Numbered from the stretch's first letter, positions 28,497 through 38,037 are shown. The stretch: 64,000 nt of DNA from Spirochaetota bacterium (GCA_016929135.1 JAFGJK010000055.1:22275-86274); one strand, 5' to 3'. Made by a program: numbers and translations. The notes: generated from the letters alone by a model not told the origin.

Positions 28497-30102
28497 TGCT
28501 GCGGCGAAGGGTTCCGAAAAATCCGGGAAGCCGGCGAAGGGAACGGGGAAGGCCGAAAAACAGACGAAGGCGGACAGAAAGAAGGGGGAGAAGGGCATCC
28601 GTTTCGGCATACGGATTAAATTCTCCCTTGCCATCATATCGCTGGTGTCCATCATCATCGTGACCATCACCGCCTATTTCGTGTGGCGCGAAACCGGTCT
28701 GTTGAAGGACCAGATATTTCAGCTGGTGGAGCGGGAGATCGTGCATCTTTCGAAAACCGCCAGCGGATCCATCGGCATAGACGAGCTGGCCATGCTCACG
28801 GCAATGCAGGACCTCCGGAAGATACCCTATTTCAAATACGCGTACATACTGGACAAGGAGGATTCGATACAGCAGTACTTCGATCTTACGAAGAAGCAGA
28901 AGATCGGGGAGAAGCTTATCGAGAGATTCGACAGGACCAAAGGCGAAAAGAGGGGAGGGGGTAAGATATTCGTGGTCCGCTACGCGGATCCAGAGGACAC
29001 GAAGGGCGTCATCTACGATTTTTCGAAGCTCGTGCCGAGTCCCATCAACGATCAGATAAGCATCGGCAAGGTGATCATCGGTTTCTCCGACAAGGTCATA
29101 CGCGACGAGGTGTGGATGATCACGCAGATAATCGTGCTCATATCACTGGCCTTTCTGGGGATCTCGATCGTGGGATCGGTAGTTCTCACCAGCATCATCA
29201 TCAAGCCGATAAAAGAGCTGTCACGCGGCGCGACGATCATAGGTCAGGGTAATCTGGACCATCGCATCAACATAAAGACCTCGGATGAGCTGGGACGCCT
29301 GGCGAAGGAGTTCAACGTGATGACCTCAATGATCAAGGATGCCAAGGAGAAGGAGATCGAATCGAGGGTCATGGAGGAACAGCTCGAGATGGCCAAGGAT
29401 ATCCAGGAGGGGCTGAACCCGATGGAGTTCTACGAGAAGAAGGGGGTCGAGATCAAGGGATTTACCAGGGCGGCCAAGGGGGTCGGCGGCGACTACTTCG
29501 ACTATATCGATATCGACGACAACCGCGTGGGGGCGCTGATCAGCGACGTGTCCGGAAAGGGCGTCCCCGCGTCGCTGGTCATGGTAATGATTCGGACGGT
29601 ATTCACTTCATACATCACCAGAAAGGACATTGACTGCTCGAGGGTCGTCACTGCGATCAACGATTCCCTGAGCGCCGATTTCGCAATAGACAAGTTCGCC
29701 ACGCTCTTTTTCATGATCTACGACAGGAAGACTGAAGAGCTCTCCTTCGCCAACGCGGGACACGGTCCGCTCTTCTGTTACCGCTCGTCAAAAAAGACCT
29801 GTACGGTCACTAAGGTAGACGGGACCCCAATCGGTATCATGGAGGACGTCGAGTACAAGCAGGCGAAGGTGAGGCTGAACCAGGGGGACATCGTGGTAAT
29901 GTACACCGACGGTATTACCGAGATGAGGAATGAGAATCGCGAGGAGTACGGACTCCGCCGCGTCCAGGACCTTCTGCTGGCCAACAGCGAGAAGAGCGCA
30001 AATGATCTCGTGGAGATGATCGTAAACGACGTCGACACCTTCCGCGGAGGGGCAAGGCCCCATGATGATATGACGCTTCTTGTCTTTAAGAGGGTTGAGT
30101 AG
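28489..30102 (+). CDS. Membrane sensor PP2C-type serine phosphatase (two TM, extracytoplasmic loop, HAMP, SpoIIE/RsbU-like domain)
   Basis: TM1 (LAIISLVSIIIVTITAYFV), a loop of about 150 aa, TM2 (IIVLISLAFLGISIVGSVVL), HAMP (IKPIKELSRGATIIGQGNL...SDELGRLAKEFN). PP2C motifs GGDYFDY, ISDVSGKGVPASLVM, MYTDGITE and HDDMTLLVF. Confidence 0.9.
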   Translation: MNDAAAKGSEKSGKPAKGTGKAEKQTKADRKKGEKGIRFGIRIKFSLAIISLVSIIIVTITAYFVWRETGLLKDQIFQLVEREIVHLSKTASGSIGIDELAMLTAMQDLRKIPYFKYAYILDKEDSIQQYFDLTKKQKIGEKLIERFDRTKGEKRGGGKIFVVRYADPEDTKGVIYDFSKLVPSPINDQISIGKVIIGFSDKVIRDEVWMITQIIVLISLAFLGISIVGSVVLTSIIIKPIKELSRGATIIGQGNLDHRINIKTSDELGRLAKEFNVMTSMIKDAKEKEIESRVMEEQLEMAKDIQEGLNPMEFYEKKGVEIKGFTRAAKGVGGDYFDYIDIDDNRVGALISDVSGKGVPASLVMVMIRTVFTSYITRKDIDCSRVVTAINDSLSADFAIDKFATLFFMIYDRKTEELSFANAGHGPLFCYRSSKKTCTVTKVDGTPIGIMEDVEYKQAKVRLNQGDIVVMYTDGITEMRNENREEYGLRRVQDLLLANSEKSANDLVEMIVNDVDTFRGGARPHDDMTLLVFKRVE

Positions 30103-30107
30103 ATCGG

Positions 30108-30431
30108 CTACAGTATCTCGTCGTCGCTCTCGTAGATCTTGAAGAATTTGTCAAGGGTCGCCAGTTTGAGAATATTCAGCACGTCCTCATGTATGTTCAT
30201 GAGGGCGAATTTCCCGTTGTGCGCCCTCATCTTCTTCTGCCCGGCCACCAGTGCCCCGATTCCCGAGGAGTCCATATAATTAACGCTCTTCATGTCCACA
30301 ACCACGCTCGGATGCTTCCCGTCGGTTATGCTGAAGAGGGCCTTTTTCAATTCACTTACGTTGTACAGGTCAACTTCGCCGCTCACTTCTATGATTTTGT
30401 GCTCTCCGATGTCTCTGAAGCTGATCTCCAT
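30108..30431 (-). CDS. STAS-domain anti-sigma-factor antagonist, copy B
   Basis: 107 aa with a YMDSSGIGALV motif (conserved Ser). Convergent with the PP2C phosphatase gene and only 5 nt from it. Confidence 0.85.
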   Translation of the reverse strand: MEISFRDIGEHKIIEVSGEVDLYNVSELKKALFSITDGKHPSVVVDMKSVNYMDSSGIGALVAGQKKMRAHNGKFALMNIHEDVLNILKLATLDKFFKIYESDDEIL

Positions 30432-30640
30432 GAAGTCCTCCTCAACGCCTCATCACCTACATAGGGTATTTATTTATGATACAATTATTACAGAGTATGT
30501 ATATAAACTCATAAATTATTATTTCCTTGCCTAAATTGTCAAGAAAAAGATTAATTATGACGCTTTATTCGACGCTATTAAAGCGATTTTTTTATAATAT
30601 AGTGCGTATCCGGCATTCGGCTGCGCAGGGCCAGACCGCT

Positions 30641-32008
30641 CTATTTGATGAACAGCCGGTCTATGAACTCAGTGAGGTCAAGTATGCTGTTTACCTCTTT
30701 CATGTTCGTGCAGTACTTCATGTACAGCGACGCGATACTGTCGCTCCAGTCCCAGAGGTGGCGCTTTTCGGGATTCAGCCAGTAGATGTTCCTTGAGCGT
30801 TCCTTCATCTTTATGAAGGAATTCATCCCGGGATCCTGGTTGTTGTTCCTGGCGTCGCCGATGATGAGTATGGTCGTTTTTTTCGTCAGGGAGTCACTGT
30901 GCTGCTCCATGAACTGGTCAAAGCTCCTGCCGTAGTTGCTCCCCCAGCCGTAGGTGAAGTCCGTGTCGTTGAATATCGAGTTAATGGCCCGCTCCGGGTC
31001 CATCTCCATGAAAAGACCGGTTATCTCCACGAGGTTTCCGATGAAGGCGAAGGTCCTCACCTTAGAGAAAAGGCTCTGGAGCGTATGGGTGAGAAGCAGC
31101 ATGAATCGGGAATACTGATTCACCGAGCTCGACACGTCGCAGAGCACCACAAGCTGTGGCCTGTCGATCTTCCTGTCCTTGTGGAATATCTTGAAGGGGA
31201 CGCCCCCGAACTGGAGGCTCGCGCGGAAGGTCCTCTTCACGTCGATGCCGCCGTGCTTGACCCTTTTTTTCCTCAGGGATATCCTGTTTTTCAGCTTCTG
31301 GCCGAAGCGCTTCACCACCTCACGCATCTCCTTGATCTCGTGGGGTTTCAGCTGGTAGATGTACTTGTTGAGCAGGTATTGTTCGTGGTTCTTTATCGAA
31401 CGGCCGATCCTGCGCTTGCCGGACCTGCCCCTCATCATCTCCAGAAGGCGTCCGTAGAGCTCCCGCTCCTCGTCGGTCGCGGGGACCTCGTCCTCGGAGT
31501 GGTCGCGGGCGAACATCGACCGCCTGGTTTTGAAGAGTGCTATGCCCATTCCGCCCGATGACCCGGCCTGCTCCATCTCCTCCATGAAAAGCGCCAGGAG
31601 CTCCTGTGCGTCCTTCTGCAGCAGCAGTTTTTCGGAGATTGAATCCAGGTAGGAGTCCATCGAGTCGCCCAGCTCATGCTCCAGGCGGTTCTCCGCCGCC
31701 GAGAGGCCTTCGCCATTCGGTCGTCTTCCTAAAGCCTCGGATTGTATCTCCTCGATCCGCTCATCACGCTCCCTGGAGAGGAAGAACTGCTCGAAGCACT
31801 TTTCGAAGGCCGGGATGTCGGTATAGTCCTTGATCAGAGTGGTCTGCAGAGTCTGCTTGAAGATCCTGCGGTTGTCCACAGTGGTGTGGTCCAGCGCGTT
31901 GCACAGGGAAAGGATCTCATCGGTGGATATGGAGACGTTTGCATCCCGAAGGATGTCCACGAAATCGTATACCCTGTTCAGGATCTGTGGTGACGCCGAT
32001 GCACTCAT
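30641..32008 (-). CDS. VWA domain protein, CoxE-like
   Basis: C-terminal von Willebrand A domain with a MIDAS-like motif LVVLCDVSSSV and a later IIGDARNN. It lies 3 nt downstream of a MoxR-type ATPase gene, the usual CoxD/CoxE-type pairing. Confidence 0.8.
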   Translation of the reverse strand: MSASASPQILNRVYDFVDILRDANVSISTDEILSLCNALDHTTVDNRRIFKQTLQTTLIKDYTDIPAFEKCFEQFFLSRERDERIEEIQSEALGRRPNGEGLSAAENRLEHELGDSMDSYLDSISEKLLLQKDAQELLALFMEEMEQAGSSGGMGIALFKTRRSMFARDHSEDEVPATDEERELYGRLLEMMRGRSGKRRIGRSIKNHEQYLLNKYIYQLKPHEIKEMREVVKRFGQKLKNRISLRKKRVKHGGIDVKRTFRASLQFGGVPFKIFHKDRKIDRPQLVVLCDVSSSVNQYSRFMLLLTHTLQSLFSKVRTFAFIGNLVEITGLFMEMDPERAINSIFNDTDFTYGWGSNYGRSFDQFMEQHSDSLTKKTTILIIGDARNNNQDPGMNSFIKMKERSRNIYWLNPEKRHLWDWSDSIASLYMKYCTNMKEVNSILDLTEFIDRLFIK

Positions 32009-32011
32009 GTC

Positions 32012-32920
32012 CTACTCGATAAAGATGCTCTTGGAGTGCTTTTTCGCCAGCTCGATGTCCTTTTCATATTTAAGGAGGCAGTTCAGGGTGCTGACCGCAA
32101 TATCGTGCTCCATGACGTCGTATCCGAGCACCACCAGTGCCTTGGCCCAGTCGAGCGTTTCGCTGATGCTCGGTTCCTTCTTCAGCTGCAGTTCCCGTAT
32201 CTTGTGTACCGCCTTGACGATGTCATGGGTGAGTTTCTGGCCGCATTCCGGCACCTTGAGGGACACGATCCTCTCCTCCAGCTTCCTCGTGGGATAGTCG
32301 ATGTAGAGATGGAGGCACCGCCTCTTGAGTGCGTCCGACATCTCCCTGGCGTTGTTTGATGTCAGTATGACGAAGGGCTTGTGTGCCGCGGTGACCGTGC
32401 CGATTTCCGGTATGGTCACCTGAAAATCCGAGAGTACCTCCAGCAGGAAGGCCTCGAACTCGGAGTCCGATTTGTCTATCTCATCGATGAGAAGCACCGA
32501 CTGCGCGGAGCCGGTAATTGCGCGGAGTATCGGCCGTGCCAGAAGGAAATGCTCTGAAAAAAAGACGTCCTCCTGGGTGGTGAGACGGGCCACCGCCTGG
32601 GAGAGCGTCTTCTCATTTTCCAGCATCGCCGAGAGCTTATCCTTGAGGATCTGGGTGTAGAGGAGCTGTTTCGCATACTCCCATTCGTAGAGCGCCTTGG
32701 CCTCGTCAAGCCCCTCATAGCACTGCAGACGGATGAGGTCGATGTCCAGCGCAGATGCGATGCATTTGCCGAGCTCGGTTTTCCCCACGCCCGCGGGTCC
32801 CTCAACCAGGACCGGCTTTTCCATCTTCAGGGCGAGGTAGACCGTGGTGGCGATCTCCTCGGAGGAGATATACTTCTCCTTCGCAAGCGCTTCTACGACG
32901 TCATCGATGCTGGTAAACAT
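32012..32920 (-). CDS. MoxR-family AAA+ ATPase (CoxD-like)
   Basis: Walker A VLVEGPAGVGKTELGK, Walker B VLLIDEIDKSD, and the arginine-finger region SNNAREMSDALKRRC. About 300 aa, typical for MoxR. Confidence 0.9.
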   Translation of the reverse strand: MFTSIDDVVEALAKEKYISSEEIATTVYLALKMEKPVLVEGPAGVGKTELGKCIASALDIDLIRLQCYEGLDEAKALYEWEYAKQLLYTQILKDKLSAMLENEKTLSQAVARLTTQEDVFFSEHFLLARPILRAITGSAQSVLLIDEIDKSDSEFEAFLLEVLSDFQVTIPEIGTVTAAHKPFVILTSNNAREMSDALKRRCLHLYIDYPTRKLEERIVSLKVPECGQKLTHDIVKAVHKIRELQLKKEPSISETLDWAKALVVLGYDVMEHDIAVSTLNCLLKYEKDIELAKKHSKSIFIE

Positions 32921-33029
32921 TCCCCATAAACCCCCGGCAAGGATTCCACATGCCCTGATACCATTGGTTCCAGCGGGTGTCGTTGCGCAAGGATTTTATT
33001 TACGTTGCGGGAATTATTTCAGCCGGGGA

Positions 33030-34235
33030 TCACCCGCGCTTTTTCTCCAGCAGCGACTGTACCCTGTAGGGGAGACCGAAAATCCTGATGAAGCCGGTTG
33101 CATCCTTCTGATCGTAGAGTGTGCTTTCATCGAAGGTGGCGATGTCAGGCTCGTAGAGCGTCACATCGGACTTCCTGCCCACCGCCATGCAGCTCCCCTT
33201 GTAGAGTTTGACCCGCACGGTCCCGGTGACGTTTTTCTGCGAATCGTCGATGAAGGCGTCCATGGCCTCGCGCTTCTTCGTGAACCACTGGCCGTTGTAG
33301 ACCAGCTCAGCGTATTCCGGGGCCAGCCGGTCCTTCAGGTGCTGGGTGTCCCTGTCCAGGGTGATCGACTCAAGGTCGCGGTGAGCAACATGGAGGACGG
33401 TCCCCGCCGGTGTCTCGTAGACACCCCTCGATTTGATGCCCACCAGGCGGTTCTCGACGATATCGATCCTGCCGACGCCGTTATCACCGGCGATCCTGTT
33501 CAGTTCCTCCATGAGCGCAACCCCGCTCAATTTCTTGCCGTTCAGACCCACGGGTTTCCCCTGCTGGAAATCGATGTCGATATAGGTGGGCCTGTCGGGC
33601 GCCTTTTCCGGCGATTTCGTGAGAATGAACATATCCTCGCTGGGCTCGTTGTAGGGATCCTCCAGAATCCCACCCTCATAGGAGATGTGGAGAATGTTGC
33701 GGTCCATGCTGTAGGGTTTGTCCTTGCTTACGGGCACCGGGATGTTGTGCTTCTTCGCGTAATCGAAGCATTTGCTGCGGGAATCGAGGTCCCATATCCT
33801 CCAGGGGGCTATGATTGTCAGCTGCGGCGCCAGGGCCATGAAGGTGAGTTCGAAGCGCACCTGATCGTTCCCTTTCCCCGTGGCGCCGTGGCATACCGCG
33901 TCCGCCCCCTCTTTGAGCGCGATCTCCACCTGCCTCTTGGCGATCACCGGTCTGGCCAGCGATGTGCCCATGAGGTATCTGTTTTCGTATATGGCGTTCG
34001 CCTTTATCGCCTGGAACACGTAGTTCTCCACGAAGTCCTCTTTGAGGTCCTCGACATAGCATTTGCTCGCGCCGGTCTTTTTTGCCTTCTCCTCTATCCC
34101 GTCAAGCTCTTCCTCCTGGCCCACGTTCCCCACGTAGGCGATCACCTCGCAGCCGTAGGTGTCGATGAGCCACTTCACGATGATAGAGGTGTCCAGACCC
34201 CCGGAATACGCCAGTACAACCTTGGATACTTTCAT
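33030..34235 (-). CDS. argG: Argininosuccinate synthase
   Basis: [13 protein letters not shown] (PP-loop) and [13 protein letters not shown] signatures. 401 aa. Confidence 0.95.
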   Translation of the reverse strand: MKVSKVVLAYSGGLDTSIIVKWLIDTYGCEVIAYVGNVGQEEELDGIEEKAKKTGASKCYVEDLKEDFVENYVFQAIKANAIYENRYLMGTSLARPVIAKRQVEIALKEGADAVCHGATGKGNDQVRFELTFMALAPQLTIIAPWRIWDLDSRSKCFDYAKKHNIPVPVSKDKPYSMDRNILHISYEGGILEDPYNEPSEDMFILTKSPEKAPDRPTYIDIDFQQGKPVGLNGKKLSGVALMEELNRIAGDNGVGRIDIVENRLVGIKSRGVYETPAGTVLHVAHRDLESITLDRDTQHLKDRLAPEYAELVYNGQWFTKKREAMDAFIDDSQKNVTGTVRVKLYKGSCMAVGRKSDVTLYEPDIATFDESTLYDQKDATGFIRIFGLPYRVQSLLEKKRG

Positions 34236-34274
34236 GATTCCTCCGTCGGAATGATTATAACTGCACCAGCGCGA

Positions 34275-35219
34275 TCAGCGCATCAGCGCGCACATGATCG
34301 CCTTCTGTATATGCATCCTGTTTTCCGCCTGTTCGTAGACGATGGACCGTTCTGAGTCGAGGACGCTGTCGTCGATCTCCTCGCCACGGTGCGCCGGCAG
34401 GCAGTGCATCACCTGGCAGCCGTTGCCGCATTTCTGCAGCAGGGGCATGGTGATCTTGTACGGCGAGAGCAGCGCCTTTTTCTGCTGCACCGTGGGATCA
34501 TTCTCCTGGCCCATGCTGATCCAGACATCGGTGTAGAGGTAATCCGTGCCGGCGAGGTCTTTATCGATGTCGGAGGAGATTACTATCTCCGCGCCGGATT
34601 CCCCGGCGAGCCTCATCGCCTCGTTGACGATGTCCGAGGGGGGCTTGAATTCACTGGGGCCCAGAACGGTCATTCTCATCCCCAGGATCGCCGCGCACTG
34701 GATCAGGGAATTCGCGACGTTGTTGCCGTCGCCGATATAGGTGAATTTGATGCTTCCCAGGTCGTCGCCTCGCTCGTATACGGTGAAAAAATCGGCCAGT
34801 GCCTGGCAGGGGTGGAAGAGGTCCGTAAGTCCGTTGATCACCGGAATCCTGGAATTCTCGGCAAGGTCGACGACCGTCTGCTGCGCGAAGGTCCTGATCA
34901 TGATGCAGTCGACGTACCGGGAGAGCACCTTGGCAGTGTCCTGGATGGTCTCCCCCCTCCCGATCTGAATGTCGTTCCCGCTCAGGAACAGGGCATGGCC
35001 GCCCAGCTGTGTCACACCGGTTTCGAAGGATACCCGTGTACGGGTTGAGCTCTTCTCGAAGATCATGGCCAGCGATTTTTTCTTCAACAGATCGTGGTTT
35101 CTGCCCATCTTCAGGTCCGCCTTCAGCCTCGCGGCGAGACGGAACAGCTGCAAAATTTCGTCTCTTGAAAGATCCGTGATCGAGAGCAGATCCTTGGTCG
35201 TCAGGCGGGGTATCTTCAT
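34275..35219 (-). CDS. argF: Ornithine carbamoyltransferase
   Basis: STRTRVSFE (carbamoyl-phosphate site), HPCQALAD and HCLPAHRGEE motifs. Its start abuts the argD stop. Confidence 0.9.
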   Translation of the reverse strand: MKIPRLTTKDLLSITDLSRDEILQLFRLAARLKADLKMGRNHDLLKKKSLAMIFEKSSTRTRVSFETGVTQLGGHALFLSGNDIQIGRGETIQDTAKVLSRYVDCIMIRTFAQQTVVDLAENSRIPVINGLTDLFHPCQALADFFTVYERGDDLGSIKFTYIGDGNNVANSLIQCAAILGMRMTVLGPSEFKPPSDIVNEAMRLAGESGAEIVISSDIDKDLAGTDYLYTDVWISMGQENDPTVQQKKALLSPYKITMPLLQKCGNGCQVMHCLPAHRGEEIDDSVLDSERSIVYEQAENRMHIQKAIMCALMR

Positions 35220-36431
35220 CTATGCGTCACCCTCTTCCTCAATTATTCTGGTAAACACCTTCATCCCCTCTTTGACCACCGAAAGCGGAATCGTCAGGGG
35301 GGGCATGATCCTGATCACATTTTCGGATGTGCAGTTAATAATGAGGCCACGGGTCAGTGCCTTTTTCACGATATCAAGCCCAGGCTTTGTGAGCTCAACG
35401 CCAATGTGGAGCCCCATGCCGCGTACCTCGCGTATGATGGGATATTTTTCCTTCAATCGCGACAGCTCTGCAAAGATATAGTCGCTCACACTCTGAATGT
35501 TGGCAAAGAACGATTTCTTTTTCATCTCCCCCAGGGCCGCGGCGGCGGCTGCACAGCTTACGTGGTTGCCTCCGAAGGTGCTCCCGTGTCTCCCCTTGTC
35601 GAATACTTCTGCGAGATAGCTCTTGGCGTGAACGGCACCGATGGGCAGACCCCCCGCGAGCCCCTTGGCAAGGGTGATAACGTCCGGAATGACACCGTAA
35701 TACTGGTAGGCAAAGGGTCTTCCCGTTCTTCCCATCCCGGTCTGCACCTCGTCAATGACGGTGACGATATGATTCTTGTTGCACAGCGAGAACAGTTCCT
35801 TCAGGTAATCCCTGTCGGTCAGCCTGATTCCGCCCTCCCCCTGGACAAGCTCGATGAATACACCGGCAATGTCCCTGTTGCGCTTGATTTCCCTCCTGAC
35901 GGCATTGATGTCGTTGAAGGGGAGGTGGATAAATCCCGGCACAATCGGGCCGAAGCCATCGTGTATCTTCTTCTGGGCGGTGGCGCTCATGCTGCCGAAG
36001 GTTCTGCCGTGAAATGATTCGTTGAAGGAGATGATCTTGTATCTGTTCCTGGACAGGGTAAGACCGTAGCGCCGCACCAGTTTGATGGCAGCCTCGTTCG
36101 CCTCGGCACCGCTGTTGACGAATAGCGTCTTCCCCGGAAATGTGAGCTCGGAGAGGACCTTGGCTGCCTGGATCTGCTCCTGGTTGTAGAACCAGTTGGA
36201 GCTGTGGACGATAGAATCGATCTGCTGACGCATGCGCTTGGTGATTGCCTGGTGCATGTGGCCGAAATTGGTTACCGCGATGCCGCAGAATAAATCGATG
36301 TACCTCTTGCCGTCCTGGTCGTACAGGTATGCGCCCTTGCCCCTGACGAAGCATACCGGCAACCTGCCGTAATTCTGGAAGAGGAACTCGCCGTCGTCCC
36401 TGATAATCTTTTCAAGTTTTTTCGATGTCAT
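35220..36431 (-). CDS. argD: Acetylornithine aminotransferase (class III PLP aminotransferase)
   Basis: NSGAEANEAAIKL, DEVQTGMGRTG and TLAKGLAGGLPIG (PLP lysine region). I choose ATG 36431 (MTSKKLEK) by alignment length to ArgD. The in-frame extension to 36479 runs through a terminator hairpin. Confidence 0.9.
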   Translation of the reverse strand: MTSKKLEKIIRDDGEFLFQNYGRLPVCFVRGKGAYLYDQDGKRYIDLFCGIAVTNFGHMHQAITKRMRQQIDSIVHSSNWFYNQEQIQAAKVLSELTFPGKTLFVNSGAEANEAAIKLVRRYGLTLSRNRYKIISFNESFHGRTFGSMSATAQKKIHDGFGPIVPGFIHLPFNDINAVRREIKRNRDIAGVFIELVQGEGGIRLTDRDYLKELFSLCNKNHIVTVIDEVQTGMGRTGRPFAYQYYGVIPDVITLAKGLAGGLPIGAVHAKSYLAEVFDKGRHGSTFGGNHVSCAAAAAALGEMKKKSFFANIQSVSDYIFAELSRLKEKYPIIREVRGMGLHIGVELTKPGLDIVKKALTRGLIINCTSENVIRIMPPLTIPLSVVKEGMKVFTRIIEEEGDA

Positions 36432-36444
36432 GGGTATGAACCGT

Positions 36445-36475
36445 AAAAAAAAATAAATCGGGGTGACTCCCCGAT
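36445..36475 (-). terminator. Rho-independent terminator-like hairpin between the OMP gene and argD
   Basis: The minus strand reads ATCGGGG-AGTCA-CCCCGAT followed by TTATTTTTTTTT. It lies 72 nt after the OMP stop and 13 nt before the argD ATG. Confidence 0.7.
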
Positions 36476-36546
36476 GCACTATCTTCTTTAAAATACGTGA
36501 AATATGTCAATACTATTTATTATTTTTTTGCAACGGCGGTACAGCG

Positions 36547-37815
36547 TCAAAAACTATACCCGAGGGAAACGAAGGGGGTGATCCACTGGAACTGGCGGCC
36601 GTATATGAAGGTGTGCCGGTAGGAGAAGCCGATGCTCAGCACGAGCGGCCCCGGGGTGAAATCGAGGCTCGCCGACGATGAGAGGTGGGGATCAGACGAG
36701 TGCCTGGTGGCGTCGGCAATTTCGAAGGGATTGTCATCGTTATAGGGGCGGTAGGCAATCCTGGTAAAGGCGGCGCCTCCGCCCAGGGACAGGGAAACCC
36801 TTAAATAGCGTGACAGGGGGAGAAAGAGCTTCAGTTCGATGGTCGGTATCCACTGTGTCATTAAGGTGTTGTTAAACCGGTAGCAGCCGATGTTATCCGT
36901 GGAAAAGTAATCCAGGTTGAGCGAGATCCCGAAGTAGGGGATAAAACGATACTGGAGAAAGGTCCGGTAATAGAAATTGTCGTTGAAGCGGAACCGCCAG
37001 GGGCGCTTGATGAATGCATACCCGCCCTGGAACCCGAAGGTGAGCCCCTCGAGGCTCTGGTAGAAACGCAGGAACGGCGACCCGGTGCGTTCCGGCTCCC
37101 TCTGGGCGGCCTGGGCGAGTATCTGCCTCTGGATCCCCTCCGACAGCTGGTCGATCGTGTCCTTCAGAAGCACTCCGGTCTCATGACTCGAGGTCTGCAG
37201 GGTGCCGGTGGTCCCGGTTTTCGCATTGTGTATGCGCACGTCGATGTTGAGGGTCTGTGCGGAGATATTCACGTTCCCGGAGATAATAAAGTCGGCGGAA
37301 TATACGGAACCAGCCGAGCGTATATGCTCGGCGGCGTTTACGGTAATCCCTATGAGACTGAATTTCTCCTGGACCCGTCTGACGATGAAACCTCCTGATG
37401 CGGAGAGATTCTTCGCCACCGTCTGGGGTATTATGTACTCATAGGGTTCGTGCATCTCCGGCTCCCCCGCGGCGGTGAAGTTGAAGATCACGATTCGCTG
37501 ACCCGTACCCCTGAGGGGGGGATTCGATTTTTTCTCCTGTGCCGAACCATTCCGGGCATACAACTGGCCACCGAGGAATTCAGAGCCGTTCAACTGTTCC
37601 TTCACGTACGGTGTTCCCAGGAGTTCGTGCATTATTCTGCTGTCGGCTTTCTCGGTGAGATCCCTGTGCCCCATGACGGTAATGTCGTCGCTGTCGTTGC
37701 CGCTGATATCGCGGTGGGGGCTCTCGATCAATATGTTCTCGGTTTGAGGGTAGGCGGATATGCAGGCACCCAGGAAAAGAATGACGGAGAGGACTGTGCG
37801 CACCGCGCCCCTCAT
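36547..37815 (-). CDS. Putative outer-membrane protein (LpoB/TolB-N-like alpha/beta N-domain plus C-terminal beta-barrel)
   Basis: Signal peptide from the internal ATG (MRGAVRTVLSVILFLGACISAY). N-domain pattern IVIFNFTAAGE...IIPQTVAKNL...FIVRR...ADFIISGNV...IDVRIHNAKTG. C-terminal alternating-hydrophobic strands end in the aromatic SLGYSF. Inserted between argJ and argD. Confidence 0.55.
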   Translation of the reverse strand: MRGAVRTVLSVILFLGACISAYPQTENILIESPHRDISGNDSDDITVMGHRDLTEKADSRIMHELLGTPYVKEQLNGSEFLGGQLYARNGSAQEKKSNPPLRGTGQRIVIFNFTAAGEPEMHEPYEYIIPQTVAKNLSASGGFIVRRVQEKFSLIGITVNAAEHIRSAGSVYSADFIISGNVNISAQTLNIDVRIHNAKTGTTGTLQTSSHETGVLLKDTIDQLSEGIQRQILAQAAQREPERTGSPFLRFYQSLEGLTFGFQGGYAFIKRPWRFRFNDNFYYRTFLQYRFIPYFGISLNLDYFSTDNIGCYRFNNTLMTQWIPTIELKLFLPLSRYLRVSLSLGGGAAFTRIAYRPYNDDNPFEIADATRHSSDPHLSSSASLDFTPGPLVLSIGFSYRHTFIYGRQFQWITPFVSLGYSF

Positions 37816-38037
37816 CGGTAGTGTATGTTCCGGGAATTGTGTCATGTCAGATGATAGTGTCCCGATTGATATCGAAAAATCAGAGCGCCCCCCTTTCCTC
37901 AATACGCTCTGCGGCGCCCGGCTGGCATATCGTGCCACGCATAATAATGCAATAGAATCTGGATAAATGTCAACATGAAAATTTTTTTCCATCCCATTCC
38001 CCCTGCAGTGAGAGGGGTGAACGGCGGATTCACGGGC

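Noticed and set aside
30432-30640. An AT-rich 209-nt gap between a STAS gene start and the VWA gene stop, with the direct repeat GACGCTTTATTCGACGC and a 4-bp hairpin plus T7 run.
   Set aside because: The stems are too short (4 bp) to call a terminator or riboswitch. It is most simply promoter DNA for the STAS gene plus the 3' UTR of the MoxR-VWA operon.
36432-36479. An N-terminal 16-codon extension of argD (MHRGVTPIYFFLRFIP).
   Set aside because: It is encoded by the terminator hairpin and its U-tract (the FFF/LRF codons come from the T-run). ArgD alignments as I remember them start about 20 aa before the YGR(L/Y)P motif, which matches ATG 36431. It is kept only as a mechanistic possibility in the attenuator finding.
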